From assembly GCA_951812955.1 (NCBI GenBank), contig OX638340.1, positions 672,001 through 736,000 of the forward strand: a DNA stretch of 64,000 nt, read 5' to 3'. The position numbers were made by a program, and so were the translations under genes. Shown here one piece after another: positions 20,116-29,917 of the stretch (within the stretch, counting starts at the first letter, position 1; every line of letters begins with the position of its first letter). Under the pieces are notes generated by a model. The model was not told where the DNA came from. It saw only the letters and a list, made by a program, of their open reading frames with translations, and ran no database searches. The DNA comes from an uncultured Gemmatimonadota bacterium. Lineage in GTDB: Bacteria; JAAXHH01.

Positions 20116-21000
20116 ATGTCCGCGTTTGAAGGTATCCTGCCTGCCATTATTACCCCGATGAACGGCGACGGAAGTTTCAATGAAGAGGCGTTCCGCCGGG
20201 TCATGGAATTCAACATTGGGTCCGGAGTTCAAGGATTCTGGATCGCAGGCGGCACAGGGGAAAGCATACTGCTAAGCGACGAGGAGAACATGCGGATCGC
20301 TTCGGCGGCGGCGGACCAGTCCCAGGGCCGGGTAAACAATATCATGCACGTCGGCGCCGCAACCACGGACCGTGCGGCCAGGCTGGCGGAACATGCCGCG
20401 GGCGCCGGGGTGGAAGCCATTTGCTGCGTGCCCCCTTTCTTCTACGGCAGGACAGACGACGCGATCGCCGAACACTATCGTATCGTGGCCGCGGCGGCGG
20501 ATCTACCCCTGTTCGTCTATAACCTGCCCCAGTCCACGGGCGTTGAGATCACCACCAGCCTGATGCGGAAGATCCAGGAGCGGGTGCCTCAGCTGGCCGG
20601 ACTCAAACATTCCTCGCAGTTCTTTCCCGCCATGCGGAACTTCTCGGCCATGGGGCTCGACTGCCTGGTAGGCAATCACCAGTTGATGCTCCCCGCCTTG
20701 ACGATCGGCGCTACGGGCTGCGTTGACGGTCCGCCCATCGTAACGCCGGAATACTGGGTTGAAATATGGAATGCCTACCAGGCGGGTGATCTCGAACGCG
20801 CAGAAACCGCGCAGGACCGGGCCAGTGGGGTGTGGGCAGCCCTGGGCGCGTGCGGCGGGGAGTTTCACTCCGTGGCCAAGGCGGCGCTCAGCGAGCGCCT
20901 CGGCATCGAGTGCGGCGCGGCGCGGCCGCCGGGCAGGCCCCTATCGATAGAGCAAAGAGAAAAGCTGCGCGGGACCATGGCGAAACTAGGTCTACTGTAA
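20116..21000 (+). CDS. DapA family protein (dihydrodipicolinate synthase / N-acetylneuraminate lyase family)
   Basis: GILPAIITPM...GSGVQGFWIAGGTGE...YNLP with a conserved Schiff-base lysine region. GAAGGAG RBS at 20101-20107, 9 nt upstream of ATG 20116; an alternative start lies at 20086. Confidence 0.8.
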   Translation: MSAFEGILPAIITPMNGDGSFNEEAFRRVMEFNIGSGVQGFWIAGGTGESILLSDEENMRIASAAADQSQGRVNNIMHVGAATTDRAARLAEHAAGAGVEAICCVPPFFYGRTDDAIAEHYRIVAAAADLPLFVYNLPQSTGVEITTSLMRKIQERVPQLAGLKHSSQFFPAMRNFSAMGLDCLVGNHQLMLPALTIGATGCVDGPPIVTPEYWVEIWNAYQAGDLERAETAQDRASGVWAALGACGGEFHSVAKAALSERLGIECGAARPPGRPLSIEQREKLRGTMAKLGLL

Positions 21001-21030
21001 CAGTCCGTGTATCGAGGATTACAAACAGGA

Positions 21031-22092
21031 CTACCGTTGCGACAGGCGCCGCACGATGTCATCGCCCACATCGACGGTACGCGACGTGCCACCGATATCG
21101 GGCGTGCGGATCCTGGCCTCGCCGAGGTTTTCCGCCACGGCTTTTCGTATGGCCGATCCGGCTTCCGCCTGGCCCAGGAACTCGACCATCATAGCCGCCG
21201 CCAGGATCGTGGCGATGGGGTTGACCTGGCTCTTACCGATCAGTTCGAAGGCCGAACCGTGGACCGGTTCGAACATGGAGGGATGTAAACGTTCGGGGTT
21301 CAGGTTCGCGCTGGGGGCCAGTCCCATGCTGCCAATGGTAATCGCCGAGATATCGGTCAGGATGTCGCCGAAAAGGTTCGAGGCCACCACTACGTCGAAA
21401 TCCTGCGGCCTGCGCACGAAATCCATGGCCGCCGCGTCGATCAGGAGGGATTCGGTCTCGATATCTTCGTATTCCTGCTTCACGTTATCGAACACCTCGT
21501 CCCAGAATACCATGCCGTGACCCTGGGCATTCGACTTCGTAATGGACGTGACCCTGCGCCTTCCTCCGCGCCGCCGCGCTTCTTCGAATGCATACCGGAT
21601 AATCCGTTCCGTGCCGTGCCGGGTGAAAACAGAAGTCTGGACTGCGACCTCCTGGTCGGTCTGGTGATACACGCGGCCCCCAATGTCGGCGTATTCCCCT
21701 TCTGTGTTCTCACGGACGACCACCAGGTCAATGTCCCCGGGTCCCTGGTCCGCCAGGGGGGACCGAACCCCTTCGTACAAATAAGCGGGCCGGACACAGG
21801 CGTACTGGTCGAACCTGCGGCGAATGGGTAGGATCAGGTTGTTCAGGGTAATGTGATCCTGGACTTCCTCATCGCCGACCGCACCGAAGAAAATCGCGTC
21901 GAAAGCAGCCAGTTCATCCAGGCCGTCTTCCGGAATAAACCTGCCCGTACGTTTGTAGCGGTTGGAACTCCAGTCGAACCGGGTAAAACGGAAAGCCGGT
22001 TCGCCCAGCGCTTCGAGCGTCTTTATGCCTTCCTCGATGACTTCGGGGCCTACACCGTCCCCGGCGATCACGGCAATTTCGAAATTTGTCAT
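21031..22092 (-). CDS. Tartrate dehydrogenase / 3-isopropylmalate dehydrogenase family NAD-dependent decarboxylating dehydrogenase
   Basis: MTNFEIAVIAGDGVGPEV N-terminus and NLFGDILTD motif. The upstream 130-codon extension of the listed ORF overlaps the neighbouring gene and is rejected. Confidence 0.8.
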   Translation of the reverse strand: MTNFEIAVIAGDGVGPEVIEEGIKTLEALGEPAFRFTRFDWSSNRYKRTGRFIPEDGLDELAAFDAIFFGAVGDEEVQDHITLNNLILPIRRRFDQYACVRPAYLYEGVRSPLADQGPGDIDLVVVRENTEGEYADIGGRVYHQTDQEVAVQTSVFTRHGTERIIRYAFEEARRRGGRRRVTSITKSNAQGHGMVFWDEVFDNVKQEYEDIETESLLIDAAAMDFVRRPQDFDVVVASNLFGDILTDISAITIGSMGLAPSANLNPERLHPSMFEPVHGSAFELIGKSQVNPIATILAAAMMVEFLGQAEAGSAIRKAVAENLGEARIRTPDIGGTSRTVDVGDDIVRRLSQR

Positions 22093-22637
22093 GTTTTGAT
22101 GGTACAATCGTCGCAGATCCACGCGGCCCGTGTCATCCCACCCACCGGGATTTCCGTATCGTAGTCCTGCATTACCGGCACCCGAGTTCTTCCACAGAAG
22201 TCGCATTTGCCCGTCCGCTTGCCTGGCGGGCTTTCCGCCCGTTTCATGGCGACCACATCGCTTTCCCGGTACGGATCCGCGAAACGTCGTGCGAATCCGA
22301 GCACCTGTCGATCCGTTTCTGTTTGCAACGCTCGCCTGACAATGGGTTCGAAGGCGGGATCGGTGGGACAACCTCCGTCTTCCAGCGTATGCCACGCCCG
22401 GCGGCGGACACGGGCGTCCTCGTCCTCCATCATGCGGTAGATCGCCTTCCAGACTTCTTCGTTGCGGTGACGGACGTGGCACGGACACATGTAGGTCGCC
22501 GCCACGATCCGTTCCTCGGGATCCGTGCTCTGGGACAGGCGCAGGAGTTCGGCGATATCTTCCCTGCTCACGCGTTCCTCGCCCGGTTTTCGCCAGGCCT
22601 TCTGATGTCTGTTAAGGCCGGTGTTTCGTTTTGCCAT
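22089..22637 (-). CDS. HEAT-like repeat (PBS-lyase type) protein with a C-terminal Cys4 zinc-ribbon
   Basis: Repeated Arg/Ala-rich helical repeats (ERIVAATYMCPC...; ARVRRRAWHTLEDGG; PIVRRALQTETDRQ) then CDFCG...CDDC. Its stop overlaps the dehydrogenase start (ATGA). Confidence 0.5.
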   Translation of the reverse strand: MAKRNTGLNRHQKAWRKPGEERVSREDIAELLRLSQSTDPEERIVAATYMCPCHVRHRNEEVWKAIYRMMEDEDARVRRRAWHTLEDGGCPTDPAFEPIVRRALQTETDRQVLGFARRFADPYRESDVVAMKRAESPPGKRTGKCDFCGRTRVPVMQDYDTEIPVGGMTRAAWICDDCTIKT

Positions 22638-22650
22638 GGTTTTAAGCGAC

Positions 22651-23583
22651 CTATAGCTGATGCACGGGATTGGAGAGCACGCCGATCTGGGGAGAGGAAA
22701 TTACTACGATGTCATCCTCCTTCAGTCCCAGGTCGTTCGGTATGATAATGCCCGTCCCCGTGGAAACGACGGTACCCGCCGGAATGAGATTGTCCCGGTA
22801 GAGGTATTCGTTCAACTCGTCGAAGCCGCGCGCCAATTGCGACGTGTTGGCCTCCCCTTCGAACACGACGGCGTCGTCCCGCAGTATCCGGCAGTGAATG
22901 TCGATGTCGTAAGGATCGTCGATCGCATCCGCTGTGACGAGCGTGGGGCCGAGCGCGCAACAGCCCTGGTATATCTTGGACTGGTTCAGATAAAGGGGAT
23001 TCTCCTTCTCGATATCCCAGGCCGAAACGTCGTTGCACAGGGTGTAGCCGATTATCTCGCCTTCTTCGCCCAGTACGTAGGCCAATTCGGGCTCGGTTGC
23101 GGTGAACTTCGAGTCACTGCGCACGCAAATAGGCGCGTTCGGTCCCGAACACCGGGAAGCGGTGGCCTTGAAGAACGATTCCGGCCGGTCGGAATTGTAC
23201 ACCTGGTCATAGATGGTCTGTTGGGCGTCGTCGTCTCTGAACTCTGCGCTCCGTTTGTAGGTAACGCCGAAGCCCCATACCTCGGGCGCGAATACCGGGA
23301 CCATCAGGTGCGGTACGCCTACGTCCGGCGTGACATCGATCGATTCGTAGGTGAACCCGGTCAACTGGCCTTCATAGTCCTGCACGGCGCGATCGACGAG
23401 TTCGGACAGTGAAAGGCGCGCGACTCCGGATACGTGCATGAGGTCGTTGACGGTCTCCACCTCCGGCATAATCTCCGTGAGGTCGATGACATGATCGTCC
23501 TGGACGATACCCAGACCGGAATCCTGGCCGGGTTCATAGAATTGAACCAGTCTCATTCGCTTCTTCCCCGTATTGGTCAGCAA
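22651..23583 (-). CDS. Fumarylacetoacetate hydrolase (FAH) family protein
   Basis: C-terminal FAH-fold features and a length of 310 aa; the weakest motif call in this set. Confidence 0.6.
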   Translation of the reverse strand: MLTNTGKKRMRLVQFYEPGQDSGLGIVQDDHVIDLTEIMPEVETVNDLMHVSGVARLSLSELVDRAVQDYEGQLTGFTYESIDVTPDVGVPHLMVPVFAPEVWGFGVTYKRSAEFRDDDAQQTIYDQVYNSDRPESFFKATASRCSGPNAPICVRSDSKFTATEPELAYVLGEEGEIIGYTLCNDVSAWDIEKENPLYLNQSKIYQGCCALGPTLVTADAIDDPYDIDIHCRILRDDAVVFEGEANTSQLARGFDELNEYLYRDNLIPAGTVVSTGTGIIIPNDLGLKEDDIVVISSPQIGVLSNPVHQL

Positions 23584-23726
23584 CGTTGCATTGGATTCAT
23601 GCCTGTAAATGGCTCAGCTAAAGATAGGATGCAGGCGCCACGTGTAAAGGGGATTTTAAACCAGGTCCCATGAGGATATACGGGGTTAGTGCTTGATCGA
23701 GGAGTCGGCGCGCGTTACTTTTTGCG

Positions 23727-24614
23727 ATGGTGTTATTTGTTGAAGCGGGAAGGGCTGGACGGTGTACATTACTGCGTCCCAGCCGTACCTACAGGTGGCG
23801 CAAACAGCAAACACAGAAAGCGTACCGAGTGACCTACTTGATCCGGACCGCCGTCGTCATGCTCTTGTTGACCGTCATGATCGCCGTGGCTCTGCCAACG
23901 GCCCGTGGACAACGTACGCCCGATTCTCCCGTAACGAGCTGGCGCAAACTCGAAACGCGGATGACAGACAATTGCGCCCTCTGTCACCAGCGCCTGGGCG
24001 AACCCCTCGCCAAACAGGTCGCGCAATGGCAGGGGAGCATCCATGCGTGGCGCGGAGTTTTCTGCGACACGTGCCACGGGGGCGATCCCACCAGCACCAT
24101 CCTCACCGTGGCCATGGGCGAGCAGAATGGGTTCATGGACGCGCCGCTGCCCGAGGCCATACCCGATGACTGCGGACGCTGTCACCCGGAAGCGCTGGAA
24201 AGCTTCTGGGAAAGCGCCCACGGGGACCTGTTCGAGGCCAATGACTTCGAACCCGGATGCGTCACCTGCCACGACAGTCACGACGTGAAGGAAGTGCATA
24301 TCGACATGGTATCGATCACCGCGCCTTGCGGCGAATGCCACGACCAGGACTATATCGACGAGGTCCGCAACCCCCTGGTCGACACGGACGGAAGATTAGA
24401 ACGGCTCTACGGCCAGATCCTGGCGATGCCAGGGGACAACCCCAACGCGCCCTACCTCCGCAACCGTCTCATCCGCGTCCGCAAGCAGTTCCGTGGCCTG
24501 GCCCACTACCTGGCCACCAACACCATTGTCACCAAGCGGCAGGCTATCGACCGGGAACTCGACTACATCGAATTCATGCTGCATTTCGATGACAACACCG
24601 TCGAAGGCAAGTAG
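23727..24614 (+). CDS. Membrane-anchored or secreted pentaheme c-type cytochrome
   Basis: Five CxxCH motifs (CALCH, CDTCH, CGRCH, CVTCH, CGECH) and a signal/anchor-like segment MLLLTVMIAVALPTARG. The probable true start is GTG 23831 or ATG 23859. Confidence 0.75.
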   Translation: MVLFVEAGRAGRCTLLRPSRTYRWRKQQTQKAYRVTYLIRTAVVMLLLTVMIAVALPTARGQRTPDSPVTSWRKLETRMTDNCALCHQRLGEPLAKQVAQWQGSIHAWRGVFCDTCHGGDPTSTILTVAMGEQNGFMDAPLPEAIPDDCGRCHPEALESFWESAHGDLFEANDFEPGCVTCHDSHDVKEVHIDMVSITAPCGECHDQDYIDEVRNPLVDTDGRLERLYGQILAMPGDNPNAPYLRNRLIRVRKQFRGLAHYLATNTIVTKRQAIDRELDYIEFMLHFDDNTVEGK

Positions 24615-24693
24615 CTACAAGACCGCGTATAACCCGCTTTATTACCCCCGTTTACAGCTCTGCCGGGTTTTCCTTCCATACGGGTAATTTTTG

Positions 24694-24722
24694 TTGACAT
24701 CGAACGTGGCCATCGCTAATAT
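24694..24722 (+). promoter_or_regulatory. Consensus sigma70-type promoter for tRNA-Phe: TTGACA-17 nt-TAATAT
   Basis: TTGACA at 24694-24699 and TAATAT at 24717-24722, with a 17-nt spacer; the tRNA 5' end lies 25 nt downstream. Confidence 0.5.
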
Positions 24723-24746
24723 TGACAGGCTTTGCGAGGTAAGGTT

Positions 24747-24819
24747 GCCGAGGTAGCTCAGGCGGTAGAGCAGTGGACTGAAAATCCATGTGTCGACAGT
24801 TCGACTCTGTCCCTCGGCA
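24747..24819 (+). tRNA. tRNA-Phe (anticodon GAA)
   Basis: GCCGAGGTAGCTCAGGCGGTAGAGCAGTGGACTGAAAATCCATGTGTCGACAGTTCGACTCTGTCCCTCGGCA folds as a cloverleaf: a 7-bp acceptor stem GCCGAGG/CCTCGGC, an AGCTCAG D-loop, a CTGAAAA anticodon loop and a GTTCGACTC T-loop. CCA is not encoded. Confidence 0.9.
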
Positions 24820-25302
24820 TTTCATTTCATATTCAAATAGTCGACTGTCGTGGCAATCTTGGCCCGTGTATCCCACGCCGAGGCGCCAGCAGCTTTAGAA
24901 AGCTCAGGCGCGCCACCAAAGCCACCGCTGCCTGGAAATCCTGGGATGGCCCCAGCCACCCCCGATGTGCTGGCACGGATTGCATCCCCATCGTACCTCC
25001 CGTCCGTTCTTCCATACTGCCACTGGTATTTCCGCGGACAACCGCCTGCATGCTGCATCATCCCGCAGACCGGTTACCTCGAAATCACAGCCTGTTTGAC
25101 AACGGCGCCGCCCGGTCGATAGGCGGCAAAAAGCGAGGCGGCCGCGTCGGCTCGAAATGCGAAGCACAATTCTTTCGCAACGTTTCAGGTAAACCAGGGG
25201 TCAAACAACAGATCGCCATAATCAAGCAAATGACAACAGACACAAACCAGTTCATCCGCTGACGCTCCAAGACACCCATTTCCCTGAACCCAAGGCGCAA
25301 TC

Positions 25303-27723
25303 ATGTTCCGAAATTACCTCAAGATCATCCAACGAAACACCCTGCGCCAAAAGGGATACGCCGTGATCAACGTCCTTGGTCTCGCGGTGGGGATGGCCAG
25401 TTGCATCCTGATCATGCTCTATGTACAGGATGAACTCGGTTATGACCGGTACGCGGCGCGGCACGACCGGATCTATAGGCTTGCCATGTCGATAGAGACG
25501 GCGGACAGAGCGGAAACCAGGACCGCGCGGAGCCCGGCAGCCTGGGGATGGATGCTGGCCGACTCCTTCCCGGATGTCGAAGGATACGCCCGGGTAAAAG
25601 CACCGCTGGTCTCCTGGCAGGTCACCTACGTGGAGGGCAACAAACGGTTCAACGAACCGGGATTCTATTTCGCGGATCACGGCATACTGGATATGTTCGA
25701 TTTCGAACTGGTACGCGGCGATGCGAACACGGCCTTGAATGCCCCCAATACGGTGGTGATTACCGAAACCACGGCGGCAAGGTACTTCGGACGGGACGAA
25801 GCACTGGGCAAAGTGATTCGGATCGATAACACGTACGACCTGACCGTTACCGGCGTAATGCAAGACGTACCGCGCAATTCCCATATGACGTTCAGTTTCC
25901 TGGGGTCCTTCGAAACGCTCAACGTGAACCCGATTTACGGTGGGCTGGATTACGGCCGGAATACCCAGAACTTCGCCCCGGACCTGTACACCTATCTGCT
26001 GCTAGCCGACGGTTACACGCCGGATTCCCTCGAACCGAAACTGGCGGAGTTTGTAGAAACGCGCTACGGACCGGCCCTGCGGCAGTTCAACGCGCAAATC
26101 AAGGCCAGTCTTCAGCCACTGACCAGCATTCACCTGCATTCGAACCTCGACGGGGAACTGGGCGCGAACAGCGACATCGCTTACATCTACATCTTCACGG
26201 CCGTTGCTTTCTTTCTACTGTTGATCGCCTGCATCAACTTCATGAACCTCGCGACGGCCCGCTCCGCCGGGCGAGCCAGGGAGGTAGGTATCCGCAAGGT
26301 ATTGGGGGCGTACCGCGTTCAGTTGATCGGTCAGTTCATGGGTGAATCCACGATCATGGCGTTGCTTTCATTGGCCGTGGCCGCGGGACTGGTCCTTGCG
26401 TTTCTGCCGGCGTTCAACACCCTGGCCGGCAAGGAACTGATCTTTGCCTTCGACGATATGCGCACGGTATTCGGCCTGCTCGGAATCGTTGTGCTGGCCG
26501 GTGCACTGGCCGGCAGCTATCCGGCACTGTTCCTGTCTTCATTCCAACCGGTCTCCGTGCTGAAGGGCTCTTCCAGGGCGGGTGCGGTGAATACGAACCT
26601 TCGGAAGATACTGGTCGTACTGCAATTCGTAATATCGGTCATGTTCATCATCGGCACGGGCGTGGTAGCAGACCAGATGCGGTTCGTGCAGGACAAGCAC
26701 CTTGGATTCGAGAAAGAACAACTGGTGGTCATGCCGCTCGGAGACCCCAGGCAACGCGTGATCTACAATGCCTACAAGGACAGGATCGCCGACTATCCCA
26801 ACGTATTGGGCGTTACGGTGGCCAACGAATTGCCGGGCGGCCTGGTGAACGACATCCTGTTTACTCCGGACGGCGCTCCGGAAGAGGAATCGGTCCGCAT
26901 CAACAACATGTGGATCGACCACGACTTCATCCGCACGATGGGCGTTGAACTCGCGGAGGGGCGCGATTTCTCCAGATCCTTCCCCGCGGATACGATGCAG
27001 TCTTTCGTGATTAACGAGGCCGCCGTAAAATGGCTCGGTTGGGTAGACGCTCCGATCAACAAGAGAGTCCGCCTCGGAAACTTCAAAGATGGGCGGGTCA
27101 TCGGTGTTGTGCGAGACTTCCATGTGCGGTCACTGCACAGCGACATCGAACCGATGATGCTGCAGCTGCCGCCCAGTCCGGACCCGTACCATTATCTCGC
27201 CGTGCGGATTGCACCGGATGACGTGGCCGGAACCATGGGATTCCTGGAAGGCAGCTGGCGCGAGATCTATCCGGACGACTCGTTTACCTATTCGTTTCTT
27301 GACGCGGACTTCGACAGTCTGTATCAGAATGAAGCACGGCAGGGACGCATCTTCCGGAGTTTCTCCCTGCTGGCCGTTTTCATCGCGTGCCTTGGTCTGC
27401 TGGGACTTGCCTCCTTCACCGCGGAACAGCGAACCCGGGAAATCGGCGTGCGGAAAGTGCTGGGCGCGACCGCATCCGGCATCGTCGCGCTGGTTTCGAA
27501 AGAATATGTCAAACTGGTCGTGTACGCCAACTTGATCGCCTGGCCTGTTGCCTACTATGTGATGAACGGCTGGCTCGACAGCTTCGCTTACAGTACGGGC
27601 CTTTCACCCTGGGTTTTCGTGCTCGCCGCGGCGCTTGCGATAGCCGTTACGATGCTGACGGTAAGCTACAAGGCCATCAGCGTCGCCCACACCGATCCCG
27701 TGGACGCGTTGCAACACGAATGA
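25303..27723 (+). CDS. FtsX-like ABC transporter permease with two FtsX domains (MacB/YtrF-like); no adjacent ATPase
   Basis: 806 aa. An N-terminal TM is followed by a large extracytoplasmic domain, and two hydrophobic FtsX-type 4-TM bundles are separated by a second loop. Confidence 0.75.
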   Translation: MFRNYLKIIQRNTLRQKGYAVINVLGLAVGMASCILIMLYVQDELGYDRYAARHDRIYRLAMSIETADRAETRTARSPAAWGWMLADSFPDVEGYARVKAPLVSWQVTYVEGNKRFNEPGFYFADHGILDMFDFELVRGDANTALNAPNTVVITETTAARYFGRDEALGKVIRIDNTYDLTVTGVMQDVPRNSHMTFSFLGSFETLNVNPIYGGLDYGRNTQNFAPDLYTYLLLADGYTPDSLEPKLAEFVETRYGPALRQFNAQIKASLQPLTSIHLHSNLDGELGANSDIAYIYIFTAVAFFLLLIACINFMNLATARSAGRAREVGIRKVLGAYRVQLIGQFMGESTIMALLSLAVAAGLVLAFLPAFNTLAGKELIFAFDDMRTVFGLLGIVVLAGALAGSYPALFLSSFQPVSVLKGSSRAGAVNTNLRKILVVLQFVISVMFIIGTGVVADQMRFVQDKHLGFEKEQLVVMPLGDPRQRVIYNAYKDRIADYPNVLGVTVANELPGGLVNDILFTPDGAPEEESVRINNMWIDHDFIRTMGVELAEGRDFSRSFPADTMQSFVINEAAVKWLGWVDAPINKRVRLGNFKDGRVIGVVRDFHVRSLHSDIEPMMLQLPPSPDPYHYLAVRIAPDDVAGTMGFLEGSWREIYPDDSFTYSFLDADFDSLYQNEARQGRIFRSFSLLAVFIACLGLLGLASFTAEQRTREIGVRKVLGATASGIVALVSKEYVKLVVYANLIAWPVAYYVMNGWLDSFAYSTGLSPWVFVLAAALAIAVTMLTVSYKAISVAHTDPVDALQHE

Positions 27724-27902
27724 GCCGTCGGCGCCCCGCTTGGATTTCTGGTTTGACGACCTCCCCTTGCAACTGTAGATTCCATCGTCTCGAAGGTATA
27801 AAGTGCGGGCAAGCATCACCGTAACTTCATGCGACCATTAAGTCGCGCATCGCGGCGCATCGCGCAGATCTGCCGTGCCGCCCGGGAAAGACAGCGCTGA
27901 TC

Positions 27903-29834
27903 GTGGCTACTAAAAACTATGCCTCGCTGCCTTACACCGAACCGGACAACCTCGTCCGGGATTTCGCCAGTCGCGGCATCGTCGCCCTGCCGCCTGAAAG
28001 CCTGGGCATCCCCGAAGAAATCCATCATCGCATATACACCCTGGAAAAGCAGGCCTACCTGGCGAGAAAGCCCGTAACACCGGGCGGCATGCCGGACGTC
28101 CTGAAGGTCATCAACGCCCCGGGCGTGGTTGAAGCCTGCAACCGCATCGTGGGACGAAACTGGGCCATCGTCCCTTTCACACACAACGCCTCATTCGCGA
28201 GCGGCGCGCGGGACCAGCACTGGCACAAGGACGACAACGGCCCCTACAACGGCCGCAAGCAACGCCATCACCAGGCTGTGCAGATCGAAATGCTGTACTA
28301 TCCCCAGGACGTGAGCGAAGTCATGGGGCCGACGGCCACCATCCCCTACTCCCATTACTGGACGTTCAATCACGAAGAGAACCATGATAATTTCGCGGGG
28401 GCCGATCACCTCGATTTCGAGTACCAGATCAGCGGGATGGAAGGCGTCCCGGTCAGCGGTCCCGACTCCGAATACGACTGGGAGGAAGTCGTCCAACGGC
28501 GCACGGCCCACGACGTCCGCATGCGGGAAGCGGTGACCAATACGGGATGGCCCCTCGTGAGACCCTACGAGGCCGCGCCGCTACGGGCGGGAAGCGTGCT
28601 GCTTTACTCCCACAACACGTTCCACAGGGGAAATCACAGGCGCGACGACTGGAAACTGTGGGACAGCCATCCGCGCTTCATGTGGCGATTCTGGATCTAC
28701 CGAACTACCGAACCGGCCATACGCGATGGCGATGATCCCGGGGAAACCGCCTGGCGAAGCCTCGGCGCGGACCCCTTGACCGGTGTTGACCTGCGGTCGG
28801 CCGATGACGACGTGACGGTTGTCTGGCGCTACCACAACTACTGGATGCAGACCGGGAAAACACCCCCGCCGAGACCCGAAGCCGATTCGCAATCCATTGC
28901 GGGACGGAAATCCGAGGCACGGAATCTAAACGCGCAGTTGCACGCCATGGGCGACGAGTCGGAACCTCTCCGTATCGGCGCGGCCTACAAGCTCGCTTCG
29001 ATCGGGGACGACGCACTGGCGGTAAAGCACCTCGGCGAGGCGTTGTACAGTCATAGGGAAAGCGTACGCCGGGCGGCGACTTACGGCCTGATCGCCACTG
29101 GAGAGCAGGCCACGGCGACCTTCATCGAAGCGACGAAGTCACCGGTCAAATGGGTCAGAAAGGCCGGCGTATACGGACTGGGCGACTGCGCGCCGCTCAC
29201 CGACGAAGTACTGGCATCCGCAACTTCGCTCCTCCACGGTGATCCGTCCGTCTACGTCCGTGCTGTAGCCGCCGGAACACTGGGCTGCCTGGGACGGCGC
29301 GCCGCGGGAACGGGTATCGGAACGACCCTGATTCCCCGATGCCTCGCTGCGCTAGTACGCAGCATCGAGCGCGAAGAGAACCGGCTGAGCATGGACCTTG
29401 CGCAGCAGCGTAGCATCAAGTTCGCGCGACCCACCGACGCGTGCGACGTCTGCGAAGGCAACGGAGTCGACATGGGCCTGGACCGGTTCGAACCGGTACG
29501 CTCGGCGGTTCGGGAAAACGCCTTGTGGTCCATGGTCATCCTTTGTTCCCATGGAACTTACCTGGCGGACGATGCCCTGGTTTCCACCATCGAAGCCTTG
29601 AAAATGGTGGTGCGCAACGATAAAAACGTCATCTGCGTAGGATTCGCAATGGACGCCCTCAATCGCCTGGCGAACCTGGAAACCACCGGACCCACGCCGG
29701 CCGCGCTCGACAGACTGCGTGCAGACCTGCTGCAGATTCTCGGCGAATCCCCCATACGGTGCTGGGAAGCGCTCGTTCGGGGCGGACTGAGTACGGAGTT
29801 CCTGGCCGCGTTCTCCGAATCCGAAGCCGGATAG
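27903..29834 (+). CDS. Fusion protein: N-terminal PhyH-family Fe(II)/2-oxoglutarate dioxygenase domain plus C-terminal HEAT-like repeat domain
   Basis: N-terminal domain carries ...ASGARDQHWHKDD... (H-x-D) and ...IPYSHY... (distal His). The C-terminal roughly 300 aa contains repeated helical motifs of the PBS-lyase HEAT type (VRRAATYGLIATGEQA; VRKAGVYGLGDCAP; VRAVAAGTLGCLG). Starts on GTG. Confidence 0.6.
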   Translation: MATKNYASLPYTEPDNLVRDFASRGIVALPPESLGIPEEIHHRIYTLEKQAYLARKPVTPGGMPDVLKVINAPGVVEACNRIVGRNWAIVPFTHNASFASGARDQHWHKDDNGPYNGRKQRHHQAVQIEMLYYPQDVSEVMGPTATIPYSHYWTFNHEENHDNFAGADHLDFEYQISGMEGVPVSGPDSEYDWEEVVQRRTAHDVRMREAVTNTGWPLVRPYEAAPLRAGSVLLYSHNTFHRGNHRRDDWKLWDSHPRFMWRFWIYRTTEPAIRDGDDPGETAWRSLGADPLTGVDLRSADDDVTVVWRYHNYWMQTGKTPPPRPEADSQSIAGRKSEARNLNAQLHAMGDESEPLRIGAAYKLASIGDDALAVKHLGEALYSHRESVRRAATYGLIATGEQATATFIEATKSPVKWVRKAGVYGLGDCAPLTDEVLASATSLLHGDPSVYVRAVAAGTLGCLGRRAAGTGIGTTLIPRCLAALVRSIEREENRLSMDLAQQRSIKFARPTDACDVCEGNGVDMGLDRFEPVRSAVRENALWSMVILCSHGTYLADDALVSTIEALKMVVRNDKNVICVGFAMDALNRLANLETTGPTPAALDRLRADLLQILGESPIRCWEALVRGGLSTEFLAAFSESEAG

Positions 29835-29917
29835 ACTCGCAGACCTCTTTTTCGTTTCACTGTCTACGCGGAGCACCGTACTCCTCGGAACGTACCTGCC
29901 AGATTGATACAAGGGCG

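Noticed and set aside
21031-22488. 485-aa version of the dehydrogenase ORF
   Set aside because: The first roughly 130 codons overlap the HEAT/zinc-ribbon gene in another frame and lack any dehydrogenase similarity. The N-terminus MTNFEIAVIAGDGVG at 22092 is canonical.
25085-25300. 71-aa minus-strand ORF encoding a hydrophobic segment (NWFVSVVICLIMAICCL)
   Set aside because: It has no RBS or conservation evidence and sits in the 5' leader of the FtsX permease gene. It could be a small membrane protein, but it is unsupported.
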